The notes under the pieces were generated by a model. It was not told where the DNA came from. It saw only the letters and a program-made list of their open reading frames with translations, and ran no database searches. From assembly GCA_041744215.1 (NCBI GenBank), contig JBGTLG010000003.1:1-14120 (forward strand): a DNA stretch of 14,120 bases. Direction: 5' to 3'. Origin of the DNA: Fimbriimonadales bacterium. GTDB taxonomy: Bacteria; Armatimonadota; Fimbriimonadia; Fimbriimonadales; ATM1. A program made the translations under genes and the position numbers. This document shows, one piece after another, positions 1 to 8,887 of this stretch; positions within the stretch are counted from its first letter, which is position 1, and the number at the start of each line of letters is the position of its first letter.

Positions 1-1581
1 GCGCCCGCCGCCATCGCCGCTGTCTTGGCGCCCTCCTCGACGACGATCTCCGCGCTCGCGGTCGCGCTCACGGCCCCGGCCGCCGCTGCCCGTGCCTCCG
101 CCGCCACCTTCGTACCGGTTGAAGTCATCCCGCGAAGGACGCTCCTCGTAAGGGAGCAGGGCACGCATAGACAGAACCATCCTGCGCTCGTCGGGCCGCA
201 ATTCGATGACCTGGACTTCGACCTCGATGCCAGCCGTCACGACCTCGGAGGGCTTGTTGATTCTGCGGTGAGACATCTCACTGGCGGGGATGAATGCCTC
301 GGCACCCTCGTTCAGCTTCACAAACGCACCGCTCTGCACGACCCGCGAGATAGGCAGCGTTATCCGCTGTCCGATAGAGTAGTGCTCGCGGATTTCAGCC
401 CACGGATCTGGAAGCACTTGCCGGCGTCCGAGGCTGATTCGGCCTGAACTCGGATCGAGCCGCAGGACCATCACCCGGACTTCGTCGCCTTCTTTTAATA
501 CTTCTTTCGGGTGGTCCACGCGCGACCAAGCCATCTCGCTGATGTGCAAAAGCCCGTCTACACCGCCCAAGTCAACGAACGCGCCGTAATCGACGAGCCG
601 GCGAACCGTTCCTTCCAAGATCTCGCCCGGCTTCACCTTGTCGAAAAGCTCGCGCTTTTTGACTTCGCGGAGCTCCTCCTCGGCCAACCGATTCGACAGA
701 ACTACTTTCTTGCGCTCCTTGTCGATGTCAATGATCTTCAGTGGAATGGACTGACCTACATACTTGTCGAGGTTCCGGAGCTTGCCGGTACCAACGTGTG
801 AACCTGGAACGAATCCACGAACGCCGATATCGACCTCGAGGCCTCCCTTCACGCGACCAACCACAAATGCATGAATCGTCTTCTTCTCGTCGAACTCGTC
901 GACGAGCCTGTCCCACGCAGCCTGGAAGTCAGCACGCTTCTTGCTGACGATTGGATTGCCGTCGCGCGTGTCGGTCTGGATGACGACGACCTTGATCTTG
1001 TCGCCAACTTTGACCACGTCGGAAGCCTTCTCGATGTTCCCAACACCGAGTTCATCGAGCGGAATCTTCCCTTCTGACTTAGTTCCCAGATCTACAAAGG
1101 CACCTGTGTCATCAATGTGGATGACCGTCGCAGTCAGTGTCTCGCCTCGCCGTAGCGGCCGATACGCTTCGTCGTATTGCGTACCCGTCTCACCGCCCGC
1201 AAACGCCTCAACTGCGGCCTCGAATTCGTCAACATCGGAAACACGGCCCGATGGCTTCGGCCCAGAGGCCTCGGATGGTTTCGGCTCGGGCGGCGTAGGC
1301 GGCGCTGCGTCGCTGACCGCGCTCACCGGAATGGGAGGCGGTCTTTCCTCGGTTGCCGGAAGCGGTGGCGGTGTGATTGGCTGGGTAGGCGCATGCTCCG
1401 CCTCAGATTCTGTTTCTGAACGGGGCGTTTGCGGCTCCGGTTGATGGGTCGATCCCGCGCTTAGCGGGATGGAATCAGTCGCGGTGGCGGCCGCAGACGC
1501 CTCGGTCTCAGGCGAGGAGTCAGCTCCGCCGCCTAAGGCCTCGGGCTCGGTGCCCGAAGGCGTCAAATGCTCGTCACTCAT
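1..1581 (-). CDS. rpsA: 30S ribosomal protein S1 (3' end runs off the window): four S1 domains, long Pro/Glu/Ser/Thr-rich N-terminal extension, Arg/Asp/Gly-rich tail
   Basis: Manual translation of the minus strand from ATG at 1581 (upstream in-frame stop at 1591-1593) is open to base 1. It gives S1 motifs GAFVDLGTKSEGKIP, RVKGGLEVDIGVRGFVPGSHV, RLVDYGAFVDLGGVDGLLHISEMAWSRVDHP and SGAFVKLNEGAEAFIPASEMS. The + strand ORFs at 25, 511, 871 and 1177 are its antisense shadows. Confidence 0.95.
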   Translation of the reverse strand, partial: MSDEHLTPSGTEPEALGGGADSSPETEASAAATATDSIPLSAGSTHQPEPQTPRSETESEAEHAPTQPITPPPLPATEERPPPIPVSAVSDAAPPTPPEPKPSEASGPKPSGRVSDVDEFEAAVEAFAGGETGTQYDEAYRPLRRGETLTATVIHIDDTGAFVDLGTKSEGKIPLDELGVGNIEKASDVVKVGDKIKVVVIQTDTRDGNPIVSKKRADFQAAWDRLVDEFDEKKTIHAFVVGRVKGGLEVDIGVRGFVPGSHVGTGKLRNLDKYVGQSIPLKIIDIDKERKKVVLSNRLAEEELREVKKRELFDKVKPGEILEGTVRRLVDYGAFVDLGGVDGLLHISEMAWSRVDHPKEVLKEGDEVRVMVLRLDPSSGRISLGRRQVLPDPWAEIREHYSIGQRITLPISRVVQSGAFVKLNEGAEAFIPASEMSHRRINKPSEVVTAGIEVEVQVIELRPDERRMVLSMRALLPYEERPSRDDFNRYEGGGGGTGSGGRGRERDRERGDRRRGGRQDSGDGGGR

Positions 1582-1684
1582 GGTTGGGATTCACGCTCCA
1601 GATGGTAGTCCACGCGGCTCAGGCGTGACAGTTCTCCAAGTATTGCATACTCTCCCCCCTAAGGTCACCCCTTTTGTAACGAAC

Positions 1685-2953
1685 ATGGACATCCATAACT
1701 TCCTCGCAACGAAGCGAGAAGGGCGCACTCACTCACCAAAAGCGATATCCGAGTTTGTTCGCGCCATCACAGCCGACGAGGTCGAAGACTACCACGTGGC
1801 TGCTTGGCTGATGGCCGCATACATCAATGGTTTAGACGGCACGGAAACTTCTGCCTTGACGATCGCGATGGCAACGTCGGGCGAGACGCTGAAGTTTGAA
1901 AATGTCCCTCGGCCGATCATCGACAAGCACTCGACGGGTGGCGTCGGAGACACCACCACCTTTCTTCTGCTGCCACTGTTGGCGGCGTGCGGGATAACCG
2001 GTCTCAAGCTGTCCGGGCGAGGGTTAGGATTCACCGGCGGCACATTAGACAAACTGGCGTCGATTCCGGGGTTCCGAACAGATCTTTCGGGCGAGGAGAT
2101 TTCGCGGATCGCGAACGAGGTCGGCTGCGCGCTTGGCGGACAAACAGCGAACCTCGCGCCCGCTGACAAAAAACTCTATGCCCTCCGAGACGCCACCGAG
2201 ACAGTATCGAGTCTGCCATTGATTGCTGCCAGCGTAATGTCTAAAAAGCTCGCCGTCGAATCCGACGGCATTGTCCTCGACGTGAAGTGCGGAAGCGGAG
2301 CTTTCATGGAAACCAAGGAAGCTGCTCTCGCCCTCGCTACCCAACTGGTCGCGATCGGCGCGTCGGCAGGGCGCGAGACTCGTGCTCTCGTCACCGACAT
2401 GAGTCAACCGCTAAATCGGTATGTTGGAAATGCGCTCGAGATTCGCGGGGCGATCGAATCGCTCGATGGCGGATTGCAAGACCAACTGGGGCAGGTAGTG
2501 CTTCGACTGGCCGAAGAAATGGCCGACATCGCTGGCGTCTCCGTGAATTTTGCAGACGCAGTCTCTTCGGGTCGCGTTCATCACAAACTTCAAGAGTGGA
2601 TATCCGCGCAGGGTGGCGACCCGGGCGCACCTCTTCCGCGAGCACCAGTTGTCGAAACCGTCCTGAGCGATCGCGACGGATACATAGCCGCGATAGATTG
2701 CGCCAGCATCGGCAAGGCAGCGCGCGCTCTCGGTGCCGGGCGTGCTACGGTCGTCGACAAAATCGACCCTTCAGTCGGCATCGTCATGCAGGTTTCCATC
2801 GGAGACCCAGTGTCTGTCGGCGCGCCTCTCTACAATATCCACGCGAAGACGTCACACGACGCCACAAGCGCGCAAAACTCGTTGGCAAGCGCAATACAGT
2901 TTGCGCAGGATCCAGTCGAGCCCAAGCCGCTCATCCTCGCGACAATAAAATAG
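1685..2953 (+). CDS. pdp: Pyrimidine-nucleoside / thymidine phosphorylase (Pdp/DeoA family)
   Basis: Family motifs DKHSTGGVGD, KLSGRGLGFTGGTLDKL, PADKKLYALRD, SVMSKK and DVKCGSGAFM. Start moved to ATG 1685 (MDIHNFLATKREG) because the track start at 1469 overlaps rpsA. Confidence 0.93.
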   Translation: MDIHNFLATKREGRTHSPKAISEFVRAITADEVEDYHVAAWLMAAYINGLDGTETSALTIAMATSGETLKFENVPRPIIDKHSTGGVGDTTTFLLLPLLAACGITGLKLSGRGLGFTGGTLDKLASIPGFRTDLSGEEISRIANEVGCALGGQTANLAPADKKLYALRDATETVSSLPLIAASVMSKKLAVESDGIVLDVKCGSGAFMETKEAALALATQLVAIGASAGRETRALVTDMSQPLNRYVGNALEIRGAIESLDGGLQDQLGQVVLRLAEEMADIAGVSVNFADAVSSGRVHHKLQEWISAQGGDPGAPLPRAPVVETVLSDRDGYIAAIDCASIGKAARALGAGRATVVDKIDPSVGIVMQVSIGDPVSVGAPLYNIHAKTSHDATSAQNSLASAIQFAQDPVEPKPLILATIK

Positions 2954-2955
2954 AG

Positions 2956-4515
2956 CTACTCGCTTGCAGTCTTATCAAGCGAAAGCCAAATCCGCAGCGC
3001 CATCGCAATCGCGCCAACGAACGCTCCAAAGCCGACTGCCGTTTGCACCGCGTTGTTTACGATCAGCAGCGACCACGTCCGAACCTCAGCCGCGGTCGCG
3101 TCAAAGCGCGCTCCGGCGGACACCGCCGAATCCGAAATCAAACTGCCGATGAACTGCGCCGTTGGCACCTGAGTTAGTACCACGAGCGCAGCCATCGCTG
3201 TCAACACAGCGGCATCAAACGTTCGTATCCGAAAAGCGCGATACGCAGCAGAGACCAGATATGCAGCAAGCAGTCCAAACATCGTCGCGCCCAGAGGAAA
3301 CTGAATGTTCATAAACAGCAGTTCGTTCATGTCCTTCCAAAACGAACTCTCTCGATCGCTTCTGAAACCGATTTGCACCGTTATCATTGCGAACAGCGCG
3401 ACAAGCGTGACTCCCGAATAAAACCGATTCTCGCCGCCACGACCTATGCGCCTGCCATGCAAGACGAGCAGACTGATCAGCCCCAAACCGAAGCCGAATG
3501 TCATTACAGTCGGCACAAAGTCCGCAGCATTCCCCGCAAGTTCGTGGAAGAATGTTGAAGTCGCAGGAGACCCAAGAGCAGCAATCGATCCGTCGGCTTG
3601 GGATCCCGCGACCGGCCGAAGATCGTCGAGCGACGATCCCTCAAGCAATCCGATTCGCAAGCGAATGTCATCGCTCCCTGCGCCACCAACAAGAAGCAGC
3701 CGCAGAATTGCGCCGTCGCTGACGGCGCGAACATCCACCACTTCACTCGCAAACTGCAATTCAGGAAAAGCAAGCGCTTCCCTTTCCAATAACACTCCGC
3801 CTTCCACCTTTCCAGAAAACAATGTCGCGCCACCGCTCTCAGTTCTCGCCAAAACCAGCGCTCTGCCATCGGGCAGCGTCGCGAAGCTCATGATCGATTC
3901 CGGCTCGGGCAATCGCAAAAACACGCCCTGATCCGACCATGAAACAAGATCCAGGCTTGTCGCCGAATGCAAGACTTGACGCCCGCGCTCGGTCGCGGAA
4001 TACAGCATCGTAAAACCGCCGCCAGCATCAAACACCGTCATCCAATCAGGACCGTTTACCGACACCTGTTCAGGCGCGTCGAAAACCGCGTTCTGGCGCA
4101 CATCCCAATTCGTCCCGTCGATCGAATCCGCAACGCAAACTCGCCGTCGATCGTCGTTGCCGACGCCGATGAAAACCGCACGAAACCCGCCATCGAGAGC
4201 AAACACCGACGGCCGAAACTGTCCGTGATAATCGTGCCCCCGAAAGAACGACGAATCCAGCATCTTCCGTCGTACTCCAGTTGCATCGAGATCCATCTGC
4301 ACCAAGTACGTCCCGCGCGACTGCACTGAGAACGGCTTGCCCGCAGCTCGAACCGCACTCGTATAGTACAAGCGGTTCCCCACCAAGTCCGCGCCAAACG
4401 CGCCGTGTCGATCAATGCCTCCGCCAATCTCGCTCGGCAGAAAGAAAGCCAGCACCCAAATCGCGCCGAAGCCAAACGTGAATCCCCAGATCAGCGCGCG
4501 CCGAAATCGCTTCAA
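2956..4515 (-). CDS. Multi-pass membrane protein (conserved partner of DUF6754-like genes) with a large extracytoplasmic beta-propeller-like insert
   Basis: One N-terminal TM helix, then ~300 aa soluble region with blade-like repeats (RPSVFALDGGFRAVF...ADSIDGTNW; TVFDAGGGFTMLY...ATSLDLVSW), then several TM helices including ATMFGLLAAYLVSAAYRAFR. TTG start overlaps the upstream stop (TTGA, 4512-4515). Confidence 0.75.
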   Translation of the reverse strand: MKRFRRALIWGFTFGFGAIWVLAFFLPSEIGGGIDRHGAFGADLVGNRLYYTSAVRAAGKPFSVQSRGTYLVQMDLDATGVRRKMLDSSFFRGHDYHGQFRPSVFALDGGFRAVFIGVGNDDRRRVCVADSIDGTNWDVRQNAVFDAPEQVSVNGPDWMTVFDAGGGFTMLYSATERGRQVLHSATSLDLVSWSDQGVFLRLPEPESIMSFATLPDGRALVLARTESGGATLFSGKVEGGVLLEREALAFPELQFASEVVDVRAVSDGAILRLLLVGGAGSDDIRLRIGLLEGSSLDDLRPVAGSQADGSIAALGSPATSTFFHELAGNAADFVPTVMTFGFGLGLISLLVLHGRRIGRGGENRFYSGVTLVALFAMITVQIGFRSDRESSFWKDMNELLFMNIQFPLGATMFGLLAAYLVSAAYRAFRIRTFDAAVLTAMAALVVLTQVPTAQFIGSLISDSAVSAGARFDATAAEVRTWSLLIVNNAVQTAVGFGAFVGAIAMALRIWLSLDKTASE

Positions 4516-5282
4516 CGCCCAAGAATCCCCGTAACAGGATTAAGCGCTGACTGAGAAAAGACTGCAGCCAGAGAACCGCAGATTAACAGCGCCAAAATTA
4601 CCAGCTTCGCTACGTCTTGGCCAGCGACCGTACCGACTTGCACAGGATCGCGACTTAAGTAGGCGCTCGCAGCATACAGCTCTTCACCAATCAAAGTGTA
4701 ATCGCAAGCGCAGATGAAAAATGGAATCTGAAAGTAATCCGCAGTCGCAGCAATCTGAACGACGCCAAGACGCCGGCCATTCTCCGTAATCAACAGCGAT
4801 TCGAAACCGTAGCTCCCAAAGTAAAACGCGCTCGCGACGCCTTCACGACTCACCATCCCGATAGTTCCTGCTGCGTACGCGTTCTGATCCTCTGATAAGA
4901 ACCGCACCTCATTCGGATCGAACGCCTCTTCGCGATCAACTTCGCGAAATGCCTCGCGCAAGATGTCACCAGCTATCGAGACGACCGTCGCAATTCGCAG
5001 TGGCACCAGCACGCGAACGCCCATCTGAACGCACCGCTTGGCAACCCAAGAGAGCACCGCCAATCCCGCCAGAGTCTGCATATTGTCCAGTCCGCCCGAG
5101 CCCGGGCTAAACAAAACGGGCTTCCCCATCTCAGTCGCTCGACCTACGGCTTCCTCGATCGCGTCAACTCCGGCGATCCGCCGAATGAAATACTCTCGAC
5201 CCCGCCGCGCAGCCGCCATCCGATAAAGAATGGCCGCACACATGACCAGTGCGACGATCCGAATCGCCCAAGAGGGGTCCAT
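4512..5282 (-). CDS. DUF6754-like membrane protein
   Basis: Motifs IRRIAGVDAIEEAVGRATEMGKPV and ACDYTLIGEELYAASAYLSRDP recognised from memory of this family (no search run). N- and C-terminal TM helices. Confidence 0.75.
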   Translation of the reverse strand: MDPSWAIRIVALVMCAAILYRMAAARRGREYFIRRIAGVDAIEEAVGRATEMGKPVLFSPGSGGLDNMQTLAGLAVLSWVAKRCVQMGVRVLVPLRIATVVSIAGDILREAFREVDREEAFDPNEVRFLSEDQNAYAAGTIGMVSREGVASAFYFGSYGFESLLITENGRRLGVVQIAATADYFQIPFFICACDYTLIGEELYAASAYLSRDPVQVGTVAGQDVAKLVILALLICGSLAAVFSQSALNPVTGILGR

Positions 5283-5331
5283 GCCTGCCTGATTCGACGA
5301 TCAACAGCGTCGATCCTGCCAAACTTATCTC

Positions 5332-5643
5332 GTGCCGATCTACGAGTACCGTTGCGAGTCCTGCGGAAAAACCTTCGCAGCCCTAATCGGCATGACCGCT
5401 GAACCCGACGACGAGCGATGCCCCCATTGCAAATCGCGAAAAACCGCACGCCTCGTCTCCCGCCCAGCAAAATTCAGAACCGAAGACGACCGACTCGACG
5501 AACTCGCCGATAAACTTGACGGGATGCCAGAACCCAACTCGTATAAGCAAATGCGAGAAACAGTGCGCGAACTCGGCGGCGCGCTCGACGACAGCGCAGC
5601 CGACGAAATGGAAGAGATGTTCGAGATGGACGCGGAAGAATAG
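5332..5643 (+). CDS. FmdB-family zinc-ribbon protein
   Basis: MPIYEYRCESCG...CPHCKS...RLVS signature (CxxC-CxxC) with an acidic C-terminus. GTG start. Confidence 0.88.
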   Translation: MPIYEYRCESCGKTFAALIGMTAEPDDERCPHCKSRKTARLVSRPAKFRTEDDRLDELADKLDGMPEPNSYKQMRETVRELGGALDDSAADEMEEMFEMDAEE

Positions 5644-5677
5644 CAAGCCCTTGCCAGCCGTCACTCTCAAACAAGCA

Positions 5678-6370
5678 TCAGCGCATCTTCGATGCCATCT
5701 CGCTGATAGTAACAAACTTGTACCCCTGCGCGGTCAGCTCCTTATAGATTCGCTCCAAAGCGGCGACTGAATCAGGAACACCCGAATGCATCATGACAAT
5801 TCCCCCTGGCGTCGCTTTGTCGATAACCAACTTCGCTATCTTATCGGCCCCCGGGTTGAGATAATCCGCGGTATTGATCGTCCAAAGAACGCAAACGTAG
5901 TTGTGCTTTCTCGCGCGATCCAAAACCTCTGTGTTGTAGTTCCCGCCCGGTGGCCTCCAATAAACAACGCGCGCGCCGGTGATTGCCTGCATCTCCTTGT
6001 CCGCGTCGACAAGCTCTCGCTCAGCTTCGTCCAGCGAAATCTTCGTGAGATTCGGATGAGTGTAAGAGTGATTCGCTATCTCGTGACCGCTCTCCTGAAT
6101 CTCTTTCGCAAGTTCTGGAAATGCTTTCACCTGTTTGCCGACCAAAAAGAACGTCCCTTTGATTCCCAAACGATCGAGCTCTGCGACGAGCGGCTCCGTC
6201 GCGCCTGGCTTGGGCCCGTCATCAAACGTGAGCGCGATCTCTTTGTGTTCTGGCGATCCGGCCAACAACTTGCCGTTATCAAGCGCGGTCATCGCCTCCT
6301 GCTTCGTCGGCGGCTTTTCTCCGCACGCGCAAACGAACACGGCTAATACGATGGGAAACAGTCGAAACAT
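5678..6370 (-). CDS. Polysaccharide deacetylase (NodB/CE4 family), probable lipoprotein
   Basis: Motifs TFDDGP, NHSYTHP, RPPGG, DY and MMH. Signal peptide ends in lipobox-like VCAC. Confidence 0.92.
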   Translation of the reverse strand: MFRLFPIVLAVFVCACGEKPPTKQEAMTALDNGKLLAGSPEHKEIALTFDDGPKPGATEPLVAELDRLGIKGTFFLVGKQVKAFPELAKEIQESGHEIANHSYTHPNLTKISLDEAERELVDADKEMQAITGARVVYWRPPGGNYNTEVLDRARKHNYVCVLWTINTADYLNPGADKIAKLVIDKATPGGIVMMHSGVPDSVAALERIYKELTAQGYKFVTISEMASKMR

Positions 6371-6378
6371 CAGCGACG

Positions 6379-6384
6379 ATTATA
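6379..6384 (-). promoter_or_regulatory. Putative -10 box (TATAAT) for the deacetylase gene
   Basis: Consensus TATAAT on the minus strand, 8 nt upstream of ATG 6370. No Shine-Dalgarno and no recognisable -35. Confidence 0.4.
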
Positions 6385-6842
6385 TCCTGCACGAGATCAT
6401 CGATTCGCACCTCTCTCCCCACCCTCAAACCCGGCGAGCCGGAAAGCAGCTTCCGCTCCGCCACCGACAGCATAGAACTCCTCTCTCGCGCCCAAATGAG
6501 TTCTAGGAGAGAACGTGCTCACCTATTTCTCAAACCTGAATTGTCAAACCTGTTAAGTCTGCCAATCGAAAAGCGCGCAATCAAGCAGCTGCACGGAGTC
6601 CTACATCATGCACACCAATGCATCACTAAAAACAAAAGACGCAAGGTTTCATCCAAAAAGTCCACTGATCGACTGTCGGTAGAAACGTGGACATCGGATG
6701 GCGGACTTGTTAGAAGGCATCGCATTGCGCAAGAATTGATTCGTAACGAGTACGCACACTTGCTCGATGAACGCAATGAGCGCGAATGAGCAGTTGATGG
6801 GGCGTGCCTCGCCACGAAAACTGGCGACATCGGAGAAAACAA

Positions 6843-7166
6843 ATGTCATATTCAGAAGATCGAGCCGACTCGCGTTCAATGATGACAGTGCTGGTCGTCA
6901 TCTTAGTCATCGCGGTTGCAGCGGTCGCCATCTACTTCTTAGCGATTGCGCCCGGACAGCGGTCCACAGACACGGTCATCGTGACGCCAGCGGGTCCAGC
7001 CCCAGCCGGTGAGCCCGGACCTCCAGGAGCGCAAGGTGCTCCCGGAATGCCAGGATATCAGGGACCTCAAGGCAGCCCAGGTGCGCCAGGAGTGCCAGGT
7101 ACCACGCCGCCACCCACCAACACACCGCCTCCCAACAACACACCCCCCCCTGGTGGCGGAAACTAA
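6843..7166 (+). CDS. Small membrane-anchored collagen-like protein (107 aa)
   Basis: GGAG then ATG at 6843. TM helix VLVVILVIAVAAVAIYFLAIA, 11 Gly-X-Y triplets and a Pro/Thr/Asn tail. Confidence 0.8.
   Translation: MSYSEDRADSRSMMTVLVVILVIAVAAVAIYFLAIAPGQRSTDTVIVTPAGPAPAGEPGPPGAQGAPGMPGYQGPQGSPGAPGVPGTTPPPTNTPPPNNTPPPGGGN
7008..7106 (+). repeat. Collagen-like (Gly-X-Y)11 coding repeat
   Basis: GEP GPP GAQ GAP GMP GYQ GPQ GSP GAP GVP GTT. Confidence 0.85.
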
Positions 7167-7202
7167 AGGCGCCCATGATCTGATCGGTTACAATCGAAGG
7201 TG

Positions 7203-7237
7203 AAGTGCCCATGAAACAGCTGATTTCATGGGCACTT
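7203..7237. terminator. Perfect 14-bp inverted repeat, probable (possibly bidirectional) intrinsic terminator
   Basis: AAGTGCCCATGAAA-cagctga-TTTCATGGGCACTT, between the convergent collagen-like and HAF-repeat genes. Only a short T run follows. Confidence 0.7.
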
Positions 7238-7614
7238 TATCGTGACTCCTTACAATATGCGTGGCCGCTGCATCCGCATATGTTGAGCCGCGCGGACAGG
7301 TTCTTATACTTTCACTGCTTGACGTGGATGGTGCATGCCCAGCCAGTCTTCATATCGCTATCCAACTCCATACTCCTCAATGTGAGACACCTCCAAGAAC
7401 TCCTTAGGACACATCATGAATTCCCGAACCGGTGGCTATTGTGGCTTCGAGATGCACATGAGCTTTACGGTTTGCTGATCAGAAGGTAGCAAGGTTGCCG
7501 AATACTAACCAAGTCACGCAGCGCATCGGCTAAGTGGTACATGCTGCATGCATCGATCAAACCCTGTGATACGGAGCAAAAGGCTACTGGCTTTAAGCAC
7601 GCCAAAACTGGCGA

Positions 7615-8775
7615 TCACAAGTTCTCATTCGGACGTGATGAGCGACCGCAGCTGTGGCGTCGAATACGCAAAAGCAGCAATCCACCGATCAGCGACACGA
7701 TAGCTGCAGGTTCGGACACGGTATCCAAGTGCCAAGCTTCGGACCTGCCTTGCGCATTAACTCCGTGGCCAACAATGAACCTGCCATCGGGCGATATTCC
7801 TGTTGCAAAAGTCAAGCGCCAACCCGCAGGAATGTACTGAGCGTAGAGCGTGTTTAAGTCCGCAATCCCAACTCCATCTCTCCAAAGCGCGGCGCGTACT
7901 CCAAGCGTCGGATCCAAAGCCGATCCGACTATCATCGCACCGTCAAGACTCACACCGTATGCAGACCCAGTAGCTCCCCCAAAAGTCCCCAGATCAACAA
8001 CATTCCCTGCAATCCACTTCGTTGGCCGTCTATTGCCCGACAGCGTTTCAGAATCGCCCACAGGCACTCTGCCATCGCCCGAAATCGCCAGAGCGCTATT
8101 GGAGCGGCCGCCCAAAGAGCCTAAGATCTCGATTTTGCCCTCTCGCCACCAAACTGCATGACGGGTCGAAGGGAAATCCGAATCTTCCGAAGAACCGACG
8201 ACAACAAGTCCATCGTGAGAGATTCCATTAGCAAATGTATCGCTCCCAGGAATCAACGACAGCGACGGAAGCAACTCGACTTGACCACTGCGCCAAACGA
8301 AGGCCCGGGTGGAACTATCAGGAGCAGTTGTCCACCCGACAAGGTTCGCCCCCTCGGGCGTCATTCCGAGAATGCCGCTATAAGCGTTTTCGAATACTTG
8401 AATCTCGACGAAAGTATCGTTTTCCCAACGAAACGCATACCGCTCGTAATGAGAATTCGGACCGACCATCGCGCCCGCAATAACCGAGCCGTCACTGGAC
8501 GTGGCTGCACCAGACCCCTGCACGTAACCAGGCGTCGCCATCGGGATGAGCTGACCGTCAACCCACCGAATCGCAATGACAGAGGAAGTGTGGAAATCCC
8601 CCCCTGCGCCCACGGCAACTCTCCCATCCCAGGAAACGGCGTATGCACGAGTGGCGTGCTGCATTGGAGAAAGCAGCCCAAGTGGAGTGAATATCTGACT
8701 GAACGCAGTCCCGCAACAAAACAGGGCGACCGCAATAGCTACAATAACTCGGTGCCAAGCGACCTCAAGAATCAA
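7615..8775 (-). CDS. Secreted HAF-repeat (beta-propeller) protein with PEP-CTERM-type sorting signal
   Basis: Repeated A-x-[AG]-[IV]-S-x-DG-x2-[IV]-VG...A-x2-W units. Signal peptide ends AFS-Q. C-terminus VSEP-AAIVSLIGGLLLL-RIRR. Start taken as TTG 8775 (GGAGG 9 nt upstream); the track uses TTG 8820. Confidence 0.88.
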   Translation of the reverse strand: MILEVAWHRVIVAIAVALFCCGTAFSQIFTPLGLLSPMQHATRAYAVSWDGRVAVGAGGDFHTSSVIAIRWVDGQLIPMATPGYVQGSGAATSSDGSVIAGAMVGPNSHYERYAFRWENDTFVEIQVFENAYSGILGMTPEGANLVGWTTAPDSSTRAFVWRSGQVELLPSLSLIPGSDTFANGISHDGLVVVGSSEDSDFPSTRHAVWWREGKIEILGSLGGRSNSALAISGDGRVPVGDSETLSGNRRPTKWIAGNVVDLGTFGGATGSAYGVSLDGAMIVGSALDPTLGVRAALWRDGVGIADLNTLYAQYIPAGWRLTFATGISPDGRFIVGHGVNAQGRSEAWHLDTVSEPAAIVSLIGGLLLLRIRRHSCGRSSRPNENL

Positions 8776-8887
8776 CTTTCGCAACCTCCGGCACTTGCGG
8801 ACGTCCGCTTCCCTGCCCAAACTTTCATGTTCGAGCGCATATCAGAGAGCATACCCGTGGTGAGCGCCCCACTCCGTCGAGCAAACA

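Noticed and set aside
25-1444. Several + strand ORFs in the track (25-447, 511-801, 871-1077, 941-1444, 1177-1419)
   Set aside because: Antisense shadows of rpsA.
1469-1684. N-terminal extension of the phosphorylase in the ORF track
   Set aside because: Overlaps the rpsA start on the other strand; family similarity starts at Met 1685.
6430-6460. CCGGAAAGCAGC resembling the SRP RNA loop, with small hairpins
   Set aside because: Lacks the CAGG...GNRA-GGAAGCAGC arrangement and a long flanking stem.
6496-6789. 97-aa + strand ORF in an AT-richer gap
   Set aside because: No SD, no recognisable motif, atypical composition; cannot be supported.
7240-7610. Possible pseudogene or transposase remnant, and ORF 7205-7489
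   Set aside because: Minus-strand frames I translated are interrupted by stops with no motif recognised; the + ORF starts inside the hairpin.
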